Origin: Myxococcales bacterium
Lineage (GTDB): Bacteria; Myxococcota_A; UBA9042
Length of the DNA stretch: 64,000 nt
Reading direction: 5' to 3'
NCBI GenBank assembly: GCA_037441385.1
Contig: JBBISH010000008.1
Span: 1-64,000, forward strand
Below the pieces are notes generated by a model, which worked only from the letters and a program-made list of their open reading frames with translations, made no database searches and was not told the origin of the DNA. The stretch's first letter is position 1; each line of letters starts with the position of its first letter. Made by a program: the position numbers and the translations under genes. Below, piece by piece: positions 49,667 through 59,393 of the stretch.

Positions 49667-50422
49667 ATGTCTCGTACCCCGGTCGTCGGCGGCAATTGGA
49701 AGATGAACTTGACGCTTGGCGAAGCCGAAGCCCTGGCCAGCGAAGTGCGCCACCGCCTGGGCAGCTACCCGGGCGCCCAGACGCTGATCTTTCCGCCTTT
49801 CCCGTACTTGCAGGCCGTAGCCAGCCGGTTGGGCGACAGCCCGATCGGCCTGGGCGCCCAAGACTTGTGGTACGAAGGCAAGGGCGCCTTCACCGGTGCC
49901 GTCTCGGCGTCGATGCTCACCTCGGTGGGCTGCAAGTGGGTGCTGATCGGCCACAGCGAACGGCGCCACGTGTTTGGCGAAAGCGACGAGATCATCGCCA
50001 AGAAGCTGCGGGCTGCGCTGCACGCCGGACTCAAGCCGGTGCTGTGCGTGGGAGAGACCCTGCAAGAACGCCAGGCGGGTCAGACGTTTGCCGTGTGTGG
50101 GCGCCAACTGCGCACGGCGCTGTCGGGCCTGTCGCGCGGTGACCTGGAGCACCTGGTGGTGGCCTACGAGCCGGTGTGGGCGATCGGCACGGGCTTGGTG
50201 GCCAGCCCCGAGCAGGCCCAGGAGGTCCATGCCGACATTCGCGAGCGCGTGGGCGATCTGCTGGGCATGGACTTTGCCGGCAAGCTGCGCATCCAGTACG
50301 GCGGCTCGGTGAAGTCGAGCACCGCGGCGGGTTTGATGGCTCAGCCCGACGTGGATGGTCTGCTGGTGGGCGGCGCCTCGCTGCAGGCCGAGGAGTTTGC
50401 GGCCATCGTCCGCGCCAAGTAG
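49667..50422 (+). CDS. tpiA: Triosephosphate isomerase
   Basis: GNWKMN, GHSERR, AYEPVWAIGTG, YGGSV, LVGGASL. Confidence 0.98.
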   Translation: MSRTPVVGGNWKMNLTLGEAEALASEVRHRLGSYPGAQTLIFPPFPYLQAVASRLGDSPIGLGAQDLWYEGKGAFTGAVSASMLTSVGCKWVLIGHSERRHVFGESDEIIAKKLRAALHAGLKPVLCVGETLQERQAGQTFAVCGRQLRTALSGLSRGDLEHLVVAYEPVWAIGTGLVASPEQAQEVHADIRERVGDLLGMDFAGKLRIQYGGSVKSSTAAGLMAQPDVDGLLVGGASLQAEEFAAIVRAK

Positions 50423-50522
50423 ACCGGGACACCCTTGAGGTTTTCGCCATAACCCTGTAAGGTTTGGCCCCCCGGGTGCCCGCCCAGCGGTGGCCCCTGG
50501 CCGGCAAATTTGGAGAATTCAA

Positions 50523-50981
50523 GTGCTTTACTCGCTCGCCGTCGCTCTGTACGTCATCGTGTGCCTGTTCCTAGTGGTCGTGGTGCTGCTGCAGCCCGGG
50601 CAGGTCGGTCGCCGCGGCGGTGGTGGCGGCGTGTTCGGCGCCGGCTCGTCCACGGGTTCAGTCTTTGGCGGCCGCGGCGCTTCGACGGTGTTGTCCAAGG
50701 CCACCACGATCGCGGCGGCCTCGTTCATGGTGCTGTCGATCGTCCTGGCCCGCGCCGGTTCGGATCGCTCGTCGGTCGAAGGTGCGGCCCAGAGCGTGCT
50801 GACGCCCAAGGCCGCTCCGGCTGGCAAGCCCATCGACAAAGCCCCCGCAAAGGCTGGCGATAACGCGGCTCCGGCGGCTCCTGCGGCCCCCGCGCCGGCG
50901 GCTCCGGCTGCGCCCGCGGCTCCGGCTCCGGCCGTTCCCGCCCCGGCTGCTCCGGCCGCGCCCGCTCCCGCCGCGCCCTAA
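50523..50981 (+). CDS. secG: Preprotein translocase subunit SecG with Pro/Ala tail
   Basis: VVVLLQ..G..FG..VFGGRGA..LSKAT; follows tpiA. Confidence 0.9.
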   Translation: MLYSLAVALYVIVCLFLVVVVLLQPGQVGRRGGGGGVFGAGSSTGSVFGGRGASTVLSKATTIAAASFMVLSIVLARAGSDRSSVEGAAQSVLTPKAAPAGKPIDKAPAKAGDNAAPAAPAAPAPAAPAAPAAPAPAVPAPAAPAAPAPAAP

Positions 50982-51032
50982 CTCCCCTCCAATTCACGGG
51001 CCGCGCGTGCCCCGGGCGGCCGCAAGGCTGCC

Positions 51033-51869
51033 ATGTCGCACACCCAGCTTGCCCACCTGGTCAGCGAAGCTTTCGCCGACCGCAACCTGTTGCACGATCG
51101 CCGCCACGCCGACGCCGTCTTGGAGACGATCGGGCTGCTCGATCACGGCCAGCTGCGCGTCGCCGAGCCGATCGCTCAAGAAGACGGCTCGCAGCAGTGG
51201 CAGGTCAACGCCTGGGTCAAAGAAGCCATCCTGCTGTACTTTGCGCTTTCGCCGCTGCGACAGCTGGAAGCCGGCGCGCTGGAATTCCACGACAAGATCC
51301 CCACTAAGCACAACCTGCTCGCCCAGGGCGTGCGCGTGGTGCCGCCCGGCGTGGCGCGCTACGGCAGCTTCTTGGAGCCCGGCGCGATCTTGATGCCCGG
51401 CTACGTGAACATCGGCGCCTACGTGGGCACTGGCACCATGGTCGACACGTGGGCCACCGTCGGCTCTTGCGCCCAGATCGGCAAGAACGTGCACCTGGCC
51501 GGCGGCGTGGGCATCGGCGGCGTGCTCGAGCCGCCTTCGGCGCGGCCCGTGATCATCGAAGATGGCTGCTTTGTCGGCTCGCGCGCCATCGTGGTCGAAG
51601 GCATGCACATCGAACGCGAGGCAGTGATCGGCGCTGGCGTGGTCTTGACCTCGTCCACGGCGATCCTGGACGTCACCGGCCCGGAAGTGGTGGAGTACCG
51701 CGGCCGCATCCCTGCGCGCTCGGTGGTGATCCCGGGCACCCGGACCAAGCAATTCCCGGCCGGCGAGTTCGGCGTGCCTTGCGCCCTGATCATCGGCCAG
51801 CGCAAGGCCTCGACCGACCTGAAGACCAGCCTGAATCAGGCCTTGCGCGACTACAACGTCGCGGCCTGA
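51033..51869 (+). CDS. dapD: Tetrahydrodipicolinate N-succinyltransferase
   Basis: WVKEAILLYF, DKIP, RVVPP, MVDTWATVGSCAQIG, GGVLEP. Confidence 0.95.
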   Translation: MSHTQLAHLVSEAFADRNLLHDRRHADAVLETIGLLDHGQLRVAEPIAQEDGSQQWQVNAWVKEAILLYFALSPLRQLEAGALEFHDKIPTKHNLLAQGVRVVPPGVARYGSFLEPGAILMPGYVNIGAYVGTGTMVDTWATVGSCAQIGKNVHLAGGVGIGGVLEPPSARPVIIEDGCFVGSRAIVVEGMHIEREAVIGAGVVLTSSTAILDVTGPEVVEYRGRIPARSVVIPGTRTKQFPAGEFGVPCALIIGQRKASTDLKTSLNQALRDYNVAA

Positions 51870-51875
51870 TCGGCT

Positions 51876-53231
51876 CTACTTCGGCGAGATCCGGTCAAAC
51901 GGCAGGTACGGCAGCAGCGCCTTGGGCATGGTGATCGAGCCATCGGCCTGCTGGTGGTTCTCTAGCACCGCGATCAGGCCGCGCGACAGCGCGATCGCCG
52001 TGCCGTTCAGCGTGTGGGCAAAACGCGGCTTGCTGTCGGCGTCGGGCCGGTAGCGGATGTCCAGGCGGCGCGCTTGGAAATCGGTGCAGTTCGACGTCGA
52101 CGTCACCTCGCCGTAGTCGCCGCGACCGGGCATCCACGCCTCGATGTCGAACTTGCGGTAGGCCGGGGCACCCAGATCGCCCGAGGCGATGTCGAGCACC
52201 CGGTACGGGATCTCCAGCGCGGTGAACAATTCCTCTTCGATCGCCAGTAGTTCTTCGTGGTGCTTGTTCGAGACGGCGGTGTCGCCCTCGCAAAAGACGA
52301 ACATCTCGACCTTGGTGAACTGATGCACGCGGTACAGACCGCGCGACTCGCGGCCGGCGGCGCCCGCTTCGGTGCGGAAGCAGTGCGAGATGCCGGCGAT
52401 CTTGATCGGCAACTGTCCAGGTTCCAGCAAGTTCCCCGCCAACATGCCGCCAATCGTGATCTCGGCCGTGCCCACCAGGCACAGGTCGTGGTTCGCCACG
52501 CTGTAGACCTGCGTCTCGGCGCCGCGCGGGTTGAAGCCAATCCCTTCCAAGATCGACGGCTTGGCCAGATCCGGCGTCACCACGGGCGAAAAGCCTTTCT
52601 TGACCAGCAGATCGATGGCAAAGCGCTGCAGCGCCAGGTCCAGCAGCACCATCTCGTTCTTTAGGAAGTAGAACTTCTGCCCGGCCACCTTGGCGCCCGC
52701 CTCGAAGTCGACCAGGTTCAGTTTCTCGGCCAGGACCACGTGGTCCAGCGGCTGGAAGTCAAAGGTGCGCGGCGTGCCCACCCGTCGCAGTACCCGGTGA
52801 TCGTCGTCGGTGTTGCCGATCGGCACGTCGGGGTGGGTCAGGTTCGGCAGCTGGCTGGCCAGGGCGTCCAGGTTGCTGTCGAGCTCGGTCACCTGCTGCT
52901 CCATCTCGGGGGCCAGCGACTTGATCCGGCGGCCGATACCCACCAGCCACGGCCGGTCCTTGGCCTGGCAGTCGGTGGGCTCGAACACGCCCAGGGCAGG
53001 GCGCAACCACTCGGGAATCAATGCGAACAGTTGAAGATCATCGATCTCGGGCTTGCCGGTCTGCTTGGCGATCAGGTTGCCGACCATCCGCAGCTCTTCC
53101 AGCCGGGTCAGCACTTGGTTGCGCGACTGATAGGCCGCCACGAGCCCCGGGACGTCGCCCTTGGCGTTGCGATTGACAATATTTTTGGCGACTTCGTCGG
53201 CGTTGGCCACCACGAACTTGATGTCGAGCAT
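51876..53231 (-). CDS. serS: Seryl-tRNA synthetase
   Basis: MLDIK, LPNLTHPDVP, GTAE, FRTEAG, YRVHQFTKVE, SNCTDFQARR, HTLNGT. Confidence 0.97.
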   Translation of the reverse strand: MLDIKFVVANADEVAKNIVNRNAKGDVPGLVAAYQSRNQVLTRLEELRMVGNLIAKQTGKPEIDDLQLFALIPEWLRPALGVFEPTDCQAKDRPWLVGIGRRIKSLAPEMEQQVTELDSNLDALASQLPNLTHPDVPIGNTDDDHRVLRRVGTPRTFDFQPLDHVVLAEKLNLVDFEAGAKVAGQKFYFLKNEMVLLDLALQRFAIDLLVKKGFSPVVTPDLAKPSILEGIGFNPRGAETQVYSVANHDLCLVGTAEITIGGMLAGNLLEPGQLPIKIAGISHCFRTEAGAAGRESRGLYRVHQFTKVEMFVFCEGDTAVSNKHHEELLAIEEELFTALEIPYRVLDIASGDLGAPAYRKFDIEAWMPGRGDYGEVTSTSNCTDFQARRLDIRYRPDADSKPRFAHTLNGTAIALSRGLIAVLENHQQADGSITMPKALLPYLPFDRISPK

Positions 53232-53327
53232 GCTGTCCTCGGGCGCGGGTGCGGGTTCGCGCGGGGGCAAAAGACTACACCAACCCGACTGCGGCTGCAC
53301 CAGGGGCAGCTTTGGCGGGACGGGTGG

Positions 53328-54119
53328 CTATTGACCCAGGATCGGTTGCAGCCAACCCGAAATCTGGGCCCGCTGATCGAATACGCCAAGCCAGGCCGTC
53401 CCGCGCTCGCTGCCGCGGATGACCGTGCGAACATGGGCCAGACCGCGCGACAATTCGTCGATGGCATTGCCGGCGTCGTCGGGACCGGCCAGCAGCACCC
53501 ACTTCTTGGCGGCGCTGGCGTGCCAACTGCGGTCGTCGAAGCCATCGCGCCGGCCCAGCGGGTCCACGGCTACCACGGCCAAAACGCGCGAATCCGCGCT
53601 GACTTGCAGCGCCGCCTCGCCCGCCCGGCCCGAGCCCGCCAGCACCACTGGACGGCCGTCGGCGGGGAGCGCCGCCAAGACCGCCTGCAACTTGCTCTGC
53701 AGTTCCGCGCGTTGGGTCGCCCGATCCTGGCCAACGGGAGTGGGGTCCGCGGCCAGCAGCACCACGGCGATGTCGCGATGGGTCCACAGACTCTTGACCA
53801 GCGGGCGCCAGACCTGGGGATCCCCGCCGGCCTCGCTAACGGCGACCAGCCAGGCGGTCCCGCGGCGCTGCGGCGGCCAGACCTCGCCGCGCAAGTTGCC
53901 GACATTCCAAGGCGAGCCCGCCACGAAATCCGCAGCCTTGCGCTCGACGAACGGCGGCTCGCCCGTGGGCGTGGCGGGTTCCGGCAGCACTTCTGGCGTC
54001 AGGATGTGATGCACGGGCTCCGGGGCTGGCGGCGGCGCCGAGCCCTGCCAGAACCAGACCACCGCGCCGACCGCAGCCAGCGCCCCCAACCCGATCCCCA
54101 TGCGCTGCAACGTCGTCAT
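53328..54119 (-). CDS. Membrane-anchored alpha/beta-hydrolase-fold protein, apparently non-catalytic
   Basis: N-terminal TM; VVLAGSGRAGEAAL elbow, VVAVDP, SERGT. Confidence 0.55.
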   Translation of the reverse strand: MTTLQRMGIGLGALAAVGAVVWFWQGSAPPPAPEPVHHILTPEVLPEPATPTGEPPFVERKAADFVAGSPWNVGNLRGEVWPPQRRGTAWLVAVSEAGGDPQVWRPLVKSLWTHRDIAVVLLAADPTPVGQDRATQRAELQSKLQAVLAALPADGRPVVLAGSGRAGEAALQVSADSRVLAVVAVDPLGRRDGFDDRSWHASAAKKWVLLAGPDDAGNAIDELSRGLAHVRTVIRGSERGTAWLGVFDQRAQISGWLQPILGQ

Positions 54120-54269
54120 GGGCCCATTTTGGCGCTGCGGCGGTCTGGCTGCAACCCAGGGCCCAGCTTGCGGGTGGGTTTGGGGCCCGTACGCTGCGGA
54201 TCGTTTGGCCAATGCCACCGCCTTCTGGCAGACTGCGAGCAGCGCTACTGCGCGTCCGCGTGCCTGCCT

Positions 54270-55193
54270 ATGGTCTTGACCCGCCTTGCCGCTTGCCTGC
54301 TGTTGGCCGCTGCCGCGACCCTGGGGGCGGTGGGCTGCGGTGTCAGCGCCGGCAGGGCGGCCACGGTCGACGCTGCTGCGGCCGACCTGCCGATCGGCGG
54401 CGCTGCCGATGGCGTGGGTACGAGCGACCTGGGCGCCGACGCGTCGAGCACTCCCGCCGACACCGCGCCGCCTGCCGACAGCGCCACGCCGGACTTGGAC
54501 GCGACCGGAACGGCCGGCGACGTTACCGAGTGGATGGACGCGAGCGCCGATGCTCAGGCGGATTCTGGGGGCGCAGGTGGCGATTCGGCCGGCGATGTCG
54601 CCGACGCCGCGATCGATGCGGGCCCGCAGGTCTGTTTCCACGGTGGGCCGCCGGCGGCCGATGCCTGGGTCGCCGACGTTCCAGCGCCCACCGCCGTCTG
54701 CAGCGAGGTTGCTCCCCCAGAGTGGTTCGACGGCCAGGCTGTGCCGGCGCCGACCTTGAACCTCCAAGTCGGTTGGCGCGACAAAGCGGGCACTTGGCAC
54801 CCCTACAACAACGGCGATTGGGTGCCGCTGCTCACGGCCAACCAAGGCGGATTCCACGTGGAATTGGTGCCAGTGGTGATGCTCCCCGGTCAAACCGCCG
54901 CTGTGCAGGGCCTGCAGTTGCAGTCGTTCACGCTCTTTGGTTGCGACCAGATCGGCAACGCCGCGACTGCCATGAGCACCTTTGTCCAGACGGCCGGGCC
55001 CGAAGGCGAGTACACCCTCGACCCAGCCAAGCAGGTGTTTACGATATTTGGCACCGGCATTGGAAATATCGATAAATACTGTGGAATCTGGATTCACGTT
55101 TACTGGCGGGTCCGCGTCAAGGGCACCAACCAGTGGGGCGAAGCAGTGCGTCTGCTGCGGACCTACAATTCGTTACCAGAGACCAAGAGTTAG
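54270..55193 (+). CDS. Lipoprotein with Asp/Ala-rich linker and C-terminal beta domain
   Basis: AVGC lipobox, DA/DTA linker, GDWVPL..NQGGFHV motif. Confidence 0.75.
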   Translation: MVLTRLAACLLLAAAATLGAVGCGVSAGRAATVDAAAADLPIGGAADGVGTSDLGADASSTPADTAPPADSATPDLDATGTAGDVTEWMDASADAQADSGGAGGDSAGDVADAAIDAGPQVCFHGGPPAADAWVADVPAPTAVCSEVAPPEWFDGQAVPAPTLNLQVGWRDKAGTWHPYNNGDWVPLLTANQGGFHVELVPVVMLPGQTAAVQGLQLQSFTLFGCDQIGNAATAMSTFVQTAGPEGEYTLDPAKQVFTIFGTGIGNIDKYCGIWIHVYWRVRVKGTNQWGEAVRLLRTYNSLPETKS

Positions 55194-55333
55194 CTGATCC
55201 GCACGCCCACTTGCAGCCGGCTTGGTGCGTTTTGTCGACGGGCATGGCCGGCAGGCGCGGCGTCGATCGCCGTCGGGGGCGCCAGTGCGGCTAATTGCGG
55301 TATTCGCGACAGGAATTTGCAGTCGCGCTGCAT

Positions 55334-55363
55334 TTGACACTGCGAGCGAGGGAATGGTACCGT
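55334..55363 (+). promoter_or_regulatory. Sigma70-type promoter candidate
   Basis: TTGACA-18 bp (ending TGG)-TACCGT, 26 nt before ATG 55390. Confidence 0.45.
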
Positions 55364-55389
55364 TGCCATGACCTCTGTGGGAGGAGATC

Positions 55390-57465
55390 ATGCGTCTTCG
55401 TTCGGTGAATTCTTCGTGCTTGCGCGGCTCTATGCCTGATTCCGCGACGGACGGCGTCCGAGTGCTCCGTGCGCGGACGAGCCATCGTCTGGGGCGTTCG
55501 TCGGCTTGGTTGGCTGCGCTGCTGGCGGCCGGGTTGCTTGCGGCCTGTGGCGACGATCCGGCGACCGTGGCCGGTTCGACGGCGGACACCTCGGCGAGCC
55601 AGGACATCGACGTCGCGGTGGGTGGCACGGATGTGCAGTCGCCGCCGGATGTTGCGGCGGATACGGCCGACACGGCCGACGCCAACCCGCCGGATGTCCA
55701 GCCCGATGTGCAGCCGGACGTGACGCAAGATACCACCGACACCACCGGCGGTTGCCCAGGTGGTGCCGGCTGCGCCTGCGCCGACGACAGCAAGTGCGAC
55801 GGCGGCAAGTGCATCGACACCCCCGACGGCAAGAAGTGCGCCAAGGCGTGCGCGAAAATCGAGGACTGCGGCAGCGGCTACACGTGCGCCTCGCTCGGCA
55901 GCACCGATGCTACCTCGTACTGCGTGCCCCAGCACTTGTCGATCTGCTCGCCGTGCAACACCAACGCGGACTGCCAGGCGCAGGGCATCCAAGATTCCTA
56001 CTGCCTGGACTACGGCGCGGCCGGCAAGTTCTGCGGTGGCGCCTGCACCTCGGACAGCAACTGCCCTGGCGGCTATGCCTGCAGCGACGTCAAAGAAGGC
56101 TCGGTCAAGCAGTGCAAGCTGAAGGACACCGCCGCCACCTGCGAGTGCAGCGCCTGGGCCAAGGCCAAGGGCGTAGAGACCACCTGCAGCGTGACCAATG
56201 ACCAGGGCACCTGCACCGCCAAGCGCAAGTGCGGCGACGCCGGCCTGGACGCCTGCAAGGCCAAGACCCCCGCGGCCGAGACCTGCAACGCCGACGACGA
56301 CAACTGCGACGGCAAGGTCGACAACCTGGCGGCCGACTTCACGTGCTTCAAGAAGGGCTTCCTGGACGCCGGCAGCAAGGCCGCCTGCACCAAAGACGCC
56401 GACTGCACCGCCGCCGGCGAGGCGTGCGACGAGGATGCCAAGGTCTGCAAGACCCTGATCGGCAAGTGCCAAGGCAAGCCCCAGTGTGGCAGCAGCGGTG
56501 CGCTCATCTGCGCAGACGCCGCGATCCCCACCCAGGAAATCTGCGACGGCAAAGACAACAACTGCGACGGCGCCATCGACGAAGGCTTTACTTGGAAGAG
56601 CCCGGTCGACGGCAGCGAGGTCAAGGTCGGCACGGCCTGCGGCGTGGGCCCCTGCGCGGGCGGCACCGTGCTCTGCAAGGACAATCTGACCGCCGTGTGC
56701 ACGTCGTACTCCAATGCTGCCAAAGAAACCTGCGACGGAGCCGACAACGACTGCAATGGCCAGACCGACGACGCCGCGTGCGACGACAGCGACGCGTGCA
56801 CGGTCGACGCCTGCGACGCCGCGGGCAAGAAGTGCAGCAACACCGCCAAGGATTGCGCCGACACCGATCAGTGCACCGAGGACAAGTGCGACAGCAAGAC
56901 TGGCGACTGCAGCCACCCGCAATACAACGGCTCGTGCAGCGACGGCAACGCCTGCACCCTGGGCGACGCCTGCGGCGCGGGCGCCGGCGGCAGCTGGGTG
57001 TGCATGTCGGGCGGCACCGCCGACAAGTGCGACGACAGCAACACCTGCACCGACGACAGCTGCGACCCTGGCACCGGCTGCGTCCACAAGCCCAATGCCA
57101 ACACCACGCCGTGCTACACCGGCAAAGACGGCACCCAGGGCGTGGGCACTTGCAAGGGCGGCAACTACGCCTGCGCCAGCGGCCAGATCGACAAGACCAA
57201 GTGCGTTGGCGAAGTCACCCCCGCGGCGAACGAGGCCTGCGACGGCTTGGACGACAACTGCAACGGTCAGACCGACGAAGGCTGCAAGCCGACCGCCGTC
57301 ACCGTGACCTTCTCGTCGGCCTATGTGTCGGGCAACACCGGCACCGACAAGAAGCTGCAACTGCTGGTTGGTCCTTCGGGCCCAGTCGGTGCGGCGGCGG
57401 GCACTGGTCAGTACAAAGTCAACTTTGGGTTCCTGGCTTGGCTGATGCAGCTGATCGGCAAGTAA
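55390..57465 (+). CDS. Cys-rich lipoprotein with putative metal-binding ExCDGxDNxCDG repeats
   Basis: LAAC lipobox; four ExC[DN]xxD[DN][ND]C[DN]G repeats and CTxDxC repeats. Confidence 0.85.
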   Translation: MRLRSVNSSCLRGSMPDSATDGVRVLRARTSHRLGRSSAWLAALLAAGLLAACGDDPATVAGSTADTSASQDIDVAVGGTDVQSPPDVAADTADTADANPPDVQPDVQPDVTQDTTDTTGGCPGGAGCACADDSKCDGGKCIDTPDGKKCAKACAKIEDCGSGYTCASLGSTDATSYCVPQHLSICSPCNTNADCQAQGIQDSYCLDYGAAGKFCGGACTSDSNCPGGYACSDVKEGSVKQCKLKDTAATCECSAWAKAKGVETTCSVTNDQGTCTAKRKCGDAGLDACKAKTPAAETCNADDDNCDGKVDNLAADFTCFKKGFLDAGSKAACTKDADCTAAGEACDEDAKVCKTLIGKCQGKPQCGSSGALICADAAIPTQEICDGKDNNCDGAIDEGFTWKSPVDGSEVKVGTACGVGPCAGGTVLCKDNLTAVCTSYSNAAKETCDGADNDCNGQTDDAACDDSDACTVDACDAAGKKCSNTAKDCADTDQCTEDKCDSKTGDCSHPQYNGSCSDGNACTLGDACGAGAGGSWVCMSGGTADKCDDSNTCTDDSCDPGTGCVHKPNANTTPCYTGKDGTQGVGTCKGGNYACASGQIDKTKCVGEVTPAANEACDGLDDNCNGQTDEGCKPTAVTVTFSSAYVSGNTGTDKKLQLLVGPSGPVGAAAGTGQYKVNFGFLAWLMQLIGK

Positions 57466-57480
57466 GGGATTGATCTTCCT

Positions 57481-57523
57481 GAACGCCGCTGCGCCAAATC
57501 GGACAGCGGCGTTCGGCATTTTT
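57481..57523 (+). terminator. Rho-independent terminator
   Basis: GAACGCCGCTG-loop-CAGCGGCGTTC followed by GGCATTTTT. Confidence 0.7.
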
Positions 57524-57534
57524 GAGTACCGGAC

Positions 57535-59391
57535 ATGCTGACACGCGAACAATTGCAGGCCAAGCTCGACGAGCGGGTGCTCGTCTTTGACGGCGCCATG
57601 GGCACCGAGCTGTACGAGCACGGCTTTACCTTTGACAAGGCGTTCGAGGGCTTGAACCTGACCCAACCCGCGGCGGTGCGGCGCATCCATCGCGCCTATG
57701 TCGACGCGGGCGCGGCGGTGATCACCACCAACAGCTTTGGCGCCAACCGGTTGCGGCTGCTGCGCTCGGGCCTGCAAGAGCAAGTGACTGAGATCAACCG
57801 GGCCGCGGTCGCCCTGGCGCGCGAGGCAGCGTCGGTGCGGCCCCCCCACAACCGCCCGCTGGTGGCGGCGTCGATCGGACCGCTGGGGCAGCCGTTGGCG
57901 CCCGTGGGGCGGCTGCCGCGCGAAGTAGGTAAGTCGGCCTTTGGCGAGCAAATTCGCGCGCTGGTCGGCGCGGATCCCGACTTGTTCATCCTGGAGACCT
58001 TCTCGGACCTCAGTGAGCTGCAGTTGTGCGCCGAGGCGCTGACCGAGCTGGCCCCGGGTTGCGCGTTCGTGGCGCTGGCTACGTTTACCGACGACGGCAA
58101 GACGCTCTTTGGCCACAAGCCCGAAGAGGTGGTCCGCACCATGCTGGCGGCGGGCGCGGCGGCGGTGGGGGCGAACTGCTCGACGGGCCCGCAGGGACTG
58201 GAGCCGGTGCTCGAGCGGATGCGCAAGGTGCCTGGGGCGCGCCTGTACGCAGCGCCCAATGCGGGCATGCCAAGGCTGGTCGACGGCCGCTATGTGTATG
58301 TCTCTACGCCGGATTATTTTGGCGAGTGGGCGGTGCGCATGGCCGACTCTGGCCTGCGCGGCGTGGGCGGTTGCTGTGGGACCAAGCCGGCCCACATCGC
58401 GCGGATGGTCGATGCGGTCGGTGTGCGCGCGCCAGCACAGCGGACCACGGACTCCGGCGTCTTTGAAGTCCGAGAAAATACAGAAGAGACTGGCATCGTC
58501 GTGCCCGTGGAAGCGCTGTCGACCTTTGACGCCAAGCTGGCGGATGGGCGCTTTGTCGTGTCGGTCGAGCTAGATCCGCCGCGCGGTGTGGACGCCGACA
58601 AGTTGGTGCACGGGGCGGTGGCGCTGAAGCAGGCGGGCGTCGACGCCATCAACATCGCCGATTCGCCGCTGGCCACGGCGCGGATGAGTCCGTTGGCGCT
58701 GGCGGTGTTGATTCGTCAACAAGTGGATATCGAAGTCCTTTTGCACGTGTCGTGCCGCGACCGTAACCTGCTGGGGCTGCTGAGCGAGTGCATGGGCGCG
58801 CACGCGCTGGGCATGCGGCACATGCTCTGCGTCACCGGCGACCCGCCGTCGCTGGGCGACTATCCCGGCGCCAAGGGCGTGTTCGAAGTCGACTCGATCG
58901 GCCTTGTCGACACGCTGCAAAAGCTCAACCGCGGTCTGGACGCCAACGGCAAGGCCCTGCCGTTCACCGCCAATTTCCGCATCTCGTGTGCGGTGAACCC
59001 AACTGCGGTCGACCTGCCCAAAGAGATCGATCGATTCCATCGCAAGGTCGACGCGGGCGCCCAGTATGCGCTGACCCAGCCGCTGTACGATCCGGCCGAT
59101 CTCGAGCGTTTCGTCGAGCTCGCCAAACCGACCATCCCGCTTTTGGTCGGGGTGCTGCCGCTGCGCAATGCCCGCCACGCCCACTTCATCCACCACGAAG
59201 TGCCCGGCATGGCCATCCCGCAAGCGATCCGCGACCGCATGGGCAAGGCCGGCGAGCGCGGACCCGAAGAAGGCGTAGCGATCGCTCGCGAATTCATCGA
59301 GACGGTCCGCCGCGGCATCGCCGGCACCTACCTGATGCCGCCCTTCAACAAATTTGAAATGGCAGTGGATGTGTTGCGGGGGATTCTCTAA
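57535..59391 (+). CDS. Bifunctional homocysteine S-methyltransferase / methylenetetrahydrofolate reductase (YitJ type)
   Basis: DGAMGT, TNSFGAN, GANC, PNAG, GGCCGT; then ELDPP, INIADSP, CRDRN, TGDPP, TQP. Confidence 0.92.
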   Translation: MLTREQLQAKLDERVLVFDGAMGTELYEHGFTFDKAFEGLNLTQPAAVRRIHRAYVDAGAAVITTNSFGANRLRLLRSGLQEQVTEINRAAVALAREAASVRPPHNRPLVAASIGPLGQPLAPVGRLPREVGKSAFGEQIRALVGADPDLFILETFSDLSELQLCAEALTELAPGCAFVALATFTDDGKTLFGHKPEEVVRTMLAAGAAAVGANCSTGPQGLEPVLERMRKVPGARLYAAPNAGMPRLVDGRYVYVSTPDYFGEWAVRMADSGLRGVGGCCGTKPAHIARMVDAVGVRAPAQRTTDSGVFEVRENTEETGIVVPVEALSTFDAKLADGRFVVSVELDPPRGVDADKLVHGAVALKQAGVDAINIADSPLATARMSPLALAVLIRQQVDIEVLLHVSCRDRNLLGLLSECMGAHALGMRHMLCVTGDPPSLGDYPGAKGVFEVDSIGLVDTLQKLNRGLDANGKALPFTANFRISCAVNPTAVDLPKEIDRFHRKVDAGAQYALTQPLYDPADLERFVELAKPTIPLLVGVLPLRNARHAHFIHHEVPGMAIPQAIRDRMGKAGERGPEEGVAIAREFIETVRRGIAGTYLMPPFNKFEMAVDVLRGIL

Positions 59392-59393
59392 GA

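Noticed and set aside
50982..51032. tRNA-Leu often found after secG
   Set aside because: Only 51 nt before dapD and no cloverleaf
57466..57534. SAM or cobalamin riboswitch ahead of the methionine-synthesis gene
   Set aside because: The 69-nt spacer is occupied by a simple terminator hairpin, with no aptamer consensus
5429..58395. Many long overlapping ORFs (e.g. 5429-8128, 11332-14109, 14336-16825, 20084-22486, 37261-40059, 55291-58395)
   Set aside because: Antisense or off-frame shadows of real genes, expected at high GC; no motifs, Arg/Gly-rich composition
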